A stretch of 64,000 bases of DNA from a virus (lineage: Duplodnaviria > Heunggongvirae > Uroviricota > Caudoviricetes), in IMG/VR virus record IMGVR_UViG_3300035520_000350, positions 96,466-160,465 of that record. One strand, 5' to 3'. Numbering within the stretch: position 1 is the stretch's first letter; every line of letters starts with the position of its first letter. The notes beneath the pieces were generated by a model. That model ran no database searches and was not told the DNA's origin. It saw only the letters and a program-made list of their open reading frames with translations. This document shows, piece by piece, positions 61,058 to 64,000 of this stretch. Both the position numbers and the translations under genes were made by a program.

Positions 61058-61432
61058 GTGTAATGAGAGATAGAAAGCAGCAATTCCAAAAGTGAATAAC
61101 GCTTATGCATAGTTGGTGGCAATACCGGCTCGGAGCGAAGGGTTAGACATGTATGGAATCCCGACGGCAAGGGGCCACAGGTTAGTATATCTCTCGTTGC
61201 ACTATGGACCAGTTAAAGAAAGGGTGGCTGGTAGGAAGTGAGGACACCCCAAGAGAATCCAGTCAAGCTTGCATACTGGTGACTGCCTGAAGTACCTATA
61301 CGGAAAGTATGGAGGAAGGGAATATGAATGCGAGCAAAACAAAAAGCAACGGAACCTTGCTCAGGTTCCGTTGTGAGTAACAAGTAATGCTGAGCAATGA
61401 CCTGAGGGAATTGAAAACTCCCTCCGGGTCAT
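61058..61432 (+). ncRNA. Candidate unassigned structured RNA
   Basis: GC-rich intergenic island with a 15-bp long-range helix (61058-61072/61188-61202), a GNRA hairpin and two strong terminal hairpins. Confidence 0.55.
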
Positions 61433-61444
61433 TCAGTGTGTGTT

Positions 61445-62083
61445 TTATTTTTTGAATTCAATGTATATAGATGCTTCATCATCTAAAGTACTTATCTTAA
61501 GCAATGCTGGAAGAGACGATATCATCTTGTCTTTCATAAGATCCTTCTTTATTTTTTTCACTATCTTACTTAAAGCTACTTTAATTGGTTTAGAACCTTC
61601 GTACACAAGTATAGTAATAGAAGAAGGAGTCTCTTGACTAACATGACTAACTAACTTAGGAACGTTTCTATTCTTATCATATCCATCATAGTTTACATTA
61701 CCATAGATCTTTATAACAGAATCAATATCCTTACGGATTATATTCCTAGTAGAGTTATCTCTGTTATATCTTGTAACAATCTCTTTAGTTCTAGCAGTGA
61801 TGATATTCTTAGCATCAGTAATCTCTACACTAAGATCCTCAACTTCTACACTATAAGATTTGTTCTTCTTTCTTAGTAATCCCTCACTTACTACAGACTC
61901 TTTAAATGGAACAGTACCAAAGTACTTACCACAATCAGTGCATAAAAATACAGGTTCTCCTTTTAAGAATACCTTTACATCTGCTCCACATTTAGTACAC
62001 TTCTTTGGGACTTCATCACCAGAGTCATTTATATATGCAATCTCAGATAAAGCTTCTTTATTGGCTTCGCTTACTCCTGTTGA
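61445..62083 (-). CDS. Start-less 212-codon frame (Zn ribbon CTKC/CTDC), probably a frameshifted extension of 62071..63537
   Basis: Open in the -1 frame from TCTTTTC (62088-62082) to TAA at 61445; no in-frame ATG or GTG until far into the frame. Confidence 0.65.
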   Translation of the reverse strand, partial: STGVSEANKEALSEIAYINDSGDEVPKKCTKCGADVKVFLKGEPVFLCTDCGKYFGTVPFKESVVSEGLLRKKNKSYSVEVEDLSVEITDAKNIITARTKEIVTRYNRDNSTRNIIRKDIDSVIKIYGNVNYDGYDKNRNVPKLVSHVSQETPSSITILVYEGSKPIKVALSKIVKKIKKDLMKDKMISSLPALLKISTLDDEASIYIEFKK

Positions 62084-63537
62084 AAAGACTCTTTAAGTAA
62101 AGCATTACTTGGATCAAGAATCTTAAGAGCTTCTTTAGCATCCTTAAGTATAGCTTTAGCATCAGCGCTAGTAAACATAACATCGTTTTCTGCAGACCGT
62201 TTGGAGATATTTACTATTACTCTTCCTAACTGATTTACTACAAAGTCTTTATCCTTAGTATTGAGATACTTGCCACCTATCTTAACGATAGATAAGATAG
62301 ATCCTTTATACCCCTTTCTTTCTCCAGTAAAGAAGAAGTCTGTGGTAGCAAGATTAGAAGAGAAGAAGAATCTAACCTGAGAACTCTTCTGTTTATCAGT
62401 ATACTCCTTATCTTCTACAATAGTCTTAAGCTTCTTAGCCATAGCAGGACTGTTTCTCAACATATCTTCCTGACTTGGCATAAGATCTTTATTGATCTTC
62501 TTGCCGCCACCAAATATTACCTCTTTCAATGTTTCTTGTAATACTGTTTTCTCTCTATCATAGAAATCTCTATCCAGACATGACTCATATCTGAATCCAT
62601 TGTCTATTACATCTCCTCCTACTCTAAGAATAGCAGTAGAGAACTCTACCATAGATCTTCCACAGCATTTCTCTATAGTCTTCTGGTTATTTACATATGA
62701 TCCACAATATGCATTGGTAACCATTTCAGAGAAAGCCGGAAACAGTTCACAAGCAAAGTGAGTTCCTGAACCATAGAACCAGTTCCACTTATCTACAAAT
62801 ACATCAGTACTCATACCTTTTGTTTTAAAAGTACTTGTAATGCAGTTAAGTAAAGTATCTATATTGATAAGATCTTCATCGTTATAGTAGATTTCCATTG
62901 CGTTGATATCTCTCTTCTCTATACCAGATACTTTTGCAGCTAAGTTCTTTATACTTGTATCTTCTCTATCAAGACCAAGTAAACTTACCTGGAAATACAT
63001 AGCTAAGATATAAGAGATCTTCTTACGATTCTCTGCATAACCATTAAGTCTTAAGTAATCAAAGATATGACTGGCTAATGCTACAAAGCATTCTGTGCCA
63101 CTCTGAATGATAGTAGAGTTATTGGTAAGTCTTATTGGTTCATTAGAGTAAACGATATTAGTCATAGCAGACATAAGATAAGTACAGAATACATCTATCT
63201 TATTGCATACCATGTAACCGTTCTTCTCTGTAATCAAACCAGTACAGTCAATAAACACCTTAACTGCTCTATCTGTCTTTACATCCTTACATGCAAAGAC
63301 TTTAAAAGATGACGGCATGGGTTTACTATAAATACAGAGTACTACATCATCTCTTACAAGCACTCTTGATAATACAGCACTGGTCTGTCTTCGTTTTACA
63401 TCTTCAGTGATTCCTAAGAAAGCTTCAGAACTTTTGTCTATTCTATCTGCTTTCATAACGTATTCAAGGATTCCTCTTTCATAGTTAGGGATTCTTGTAT
63501 ACAGATATGAATTAGCGAATGTCTTAACACCATTCAT
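62071..63537 (-). CDS. Putative virion protein
   Basis: 488 aa; late promoter at 63578; RYES, LQE and LKES motifs. Confidence 0.65.
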   Translation of the reverse strand: MNGVKTFANSYLYTRIPNYERGILEYVMKADRIDKSSEAFLGITEDVKRRQTSAVLSRVLVRDDVVLCIYSKPMPSSFKVFACKDVKTDRAVKVFIDCTGLITEKNGYMVCNKIDVFCTYLMSAMTNIVYSNEPIRLTNNSTIIQSGTECFVALASHIFDYLRLNGYAENRKKISYILAMYFQVSLLGLDREDTSIKNLAAKVSGIEKRDINAMEIYYNDEDLINIDTLLNCITSTFKTKGMSTDVFVDKWNWFYGSGTHFACELFPAFSEMVTNAYCGSYVNNQKTIEKCCGRSMVEFSTAILRVGGDVIDNGFRYESCLDRDFYDREKTVLQETLKEVIFGGGKKINKDLMPSQEDMLRNSPAMAKKLKTIVEDKEYTDKQKSSQVRFFFSSNLATTDFFFTGERKGYKGSILSIVKIGGKYLNTKDKDFVVNQLGRVIVNISKRSAENDVMFTSADAKAILKDAKEALKILDPSNALLKESFQQE

Positions 63538-63662
63538 TAGTAGTTTACCTCCTTTAACGTAATCATTACATAGATGTTCCGGATATGTGTTTTGGTTGAA
63601 TTATATATTATAAAACCGGTAACCAATTAATAAGCTTTAAGATAAAGGAGGAATCTTAAACA

Positions 63663-64000
63663 ATGAAGCAGCTATATGGAGTAATAGCTCACTTTAAGAA
63701 AGACAAACAATCTAAAAGGGATTTTGTCTACTATGTAGAAAACAAGGAGGAAGCAATAGAGAAGTTTAATCAAGACTTATTCCAGAGAAATCAGTTAGAA
63801 ATTGAGAAGGTTTTACCGGTAGATATACAGAATACAGTTATCCGAAGATATTATAGGGACAGACATGGCTTATGCGTACCGATGGATGGTGTAGATCAGT
63901 ATCCTATCAGTATTGTACCTAACTATTATGATACAGAGGATTTTGTACTAACAGCTAAGTCTGCTATTTCATTTTATGAAAATCAGCTTGCGGCTAATCG
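63663..64000 (+). CDS. Partial CDS running off the window
   Basis: AAAGGAGG RBS, ATG at 63663, open to the window end; ATATATTATA box at 63603. Confidence 0.7.
   Translation, partial: MKQLYGVIAHFKKDKQSKRDFVYYVENKEEAIEKFNQDLFQRNQLEIEKVLPVDIQNTVIRRYYRDRHGLCVPMDGVDQYPISIVPNYYDTEDFVLTAKSAISFYENQLAAN

Noticed and set aside
61058-61432. RNase P, tmRNA or retron identity for the structured RNA
   Set aside because: Only short resemblances (GACGGCA, GCCACAG, GCCTGAAGTAC). It lacks GAGGAAAGUCC and its P4 partner, a tRNA-like acceptor or tag frame, a long msd hairpin and an adjacent reverse transcriptase.
762-62096. Many short ORFs overlapping real genes on the other strand or frame (e.g. 2850, 3845, 6077, 10956, 25468, 44870)
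   Set aside because: They lack RBSs and are fully explained by the overlapping gene.
1-64000. Stop-codon reassignment
   Set aside because: TAA, TAG and TGA all end well-formed genes, and broken genes are explained by introns or single-base shifts.
1-64000. CRISPR array, tRNA genes or a DGR
   Set aside because: I saw no spaced direct repeats, cloverleafs, reverse transcriptase or template/variable repeat pair; a manual scan could miss a degenerate one.

Overview
This is a 64-kb segment of an AT-rich jumbo myophage of the AR9/PBS1/phiKZ-like type that encodes its own multisubunit RNA polymerase. GGAGG ribosome-binding sites suggest a Bacillota host (inference). It holds head genes (major capsid, T4 gp21-like prohead protease, internal head proteins with E-cleaved propeptides), baseplate and tail-chaperone genes, a GroEL-like chaperonin, a primase, a lytic transglycosylase and a 12.5-kb array of paralogous early genes. 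Three essential genes that look fragmented in the ORF track are split by five group I introns, whose junctions I reconstructed by hand: RNAP beta'-N, a probable AR9 gp226-like promoter-specificity subunit, and a family-B DNA polymerase with 4 exons, one only 23 nt. Main leads: (1) an identical 24-nt GNRA-hairpin module in the P7-P3 insertion of four introns, a possible shared splicing control element; (2) an unassigned, highly structured GC-rich RNA at about 61.06-61.43 kb; (3) G9/G11 tracts in internal-head genes and a promoter region, consistent with phase variation; (4) about 20 copies of an unnamed C-T-x-x-Q-A domain; (5) AR9-type AACA-N6-TA late promoters. Caveat: several single-base frame anomalies occur (6636, 49272, 53539, 62083), so any frameshift claim needs read-level confirmation. 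No tRNA, rRNA or CRISPR array was recognised.
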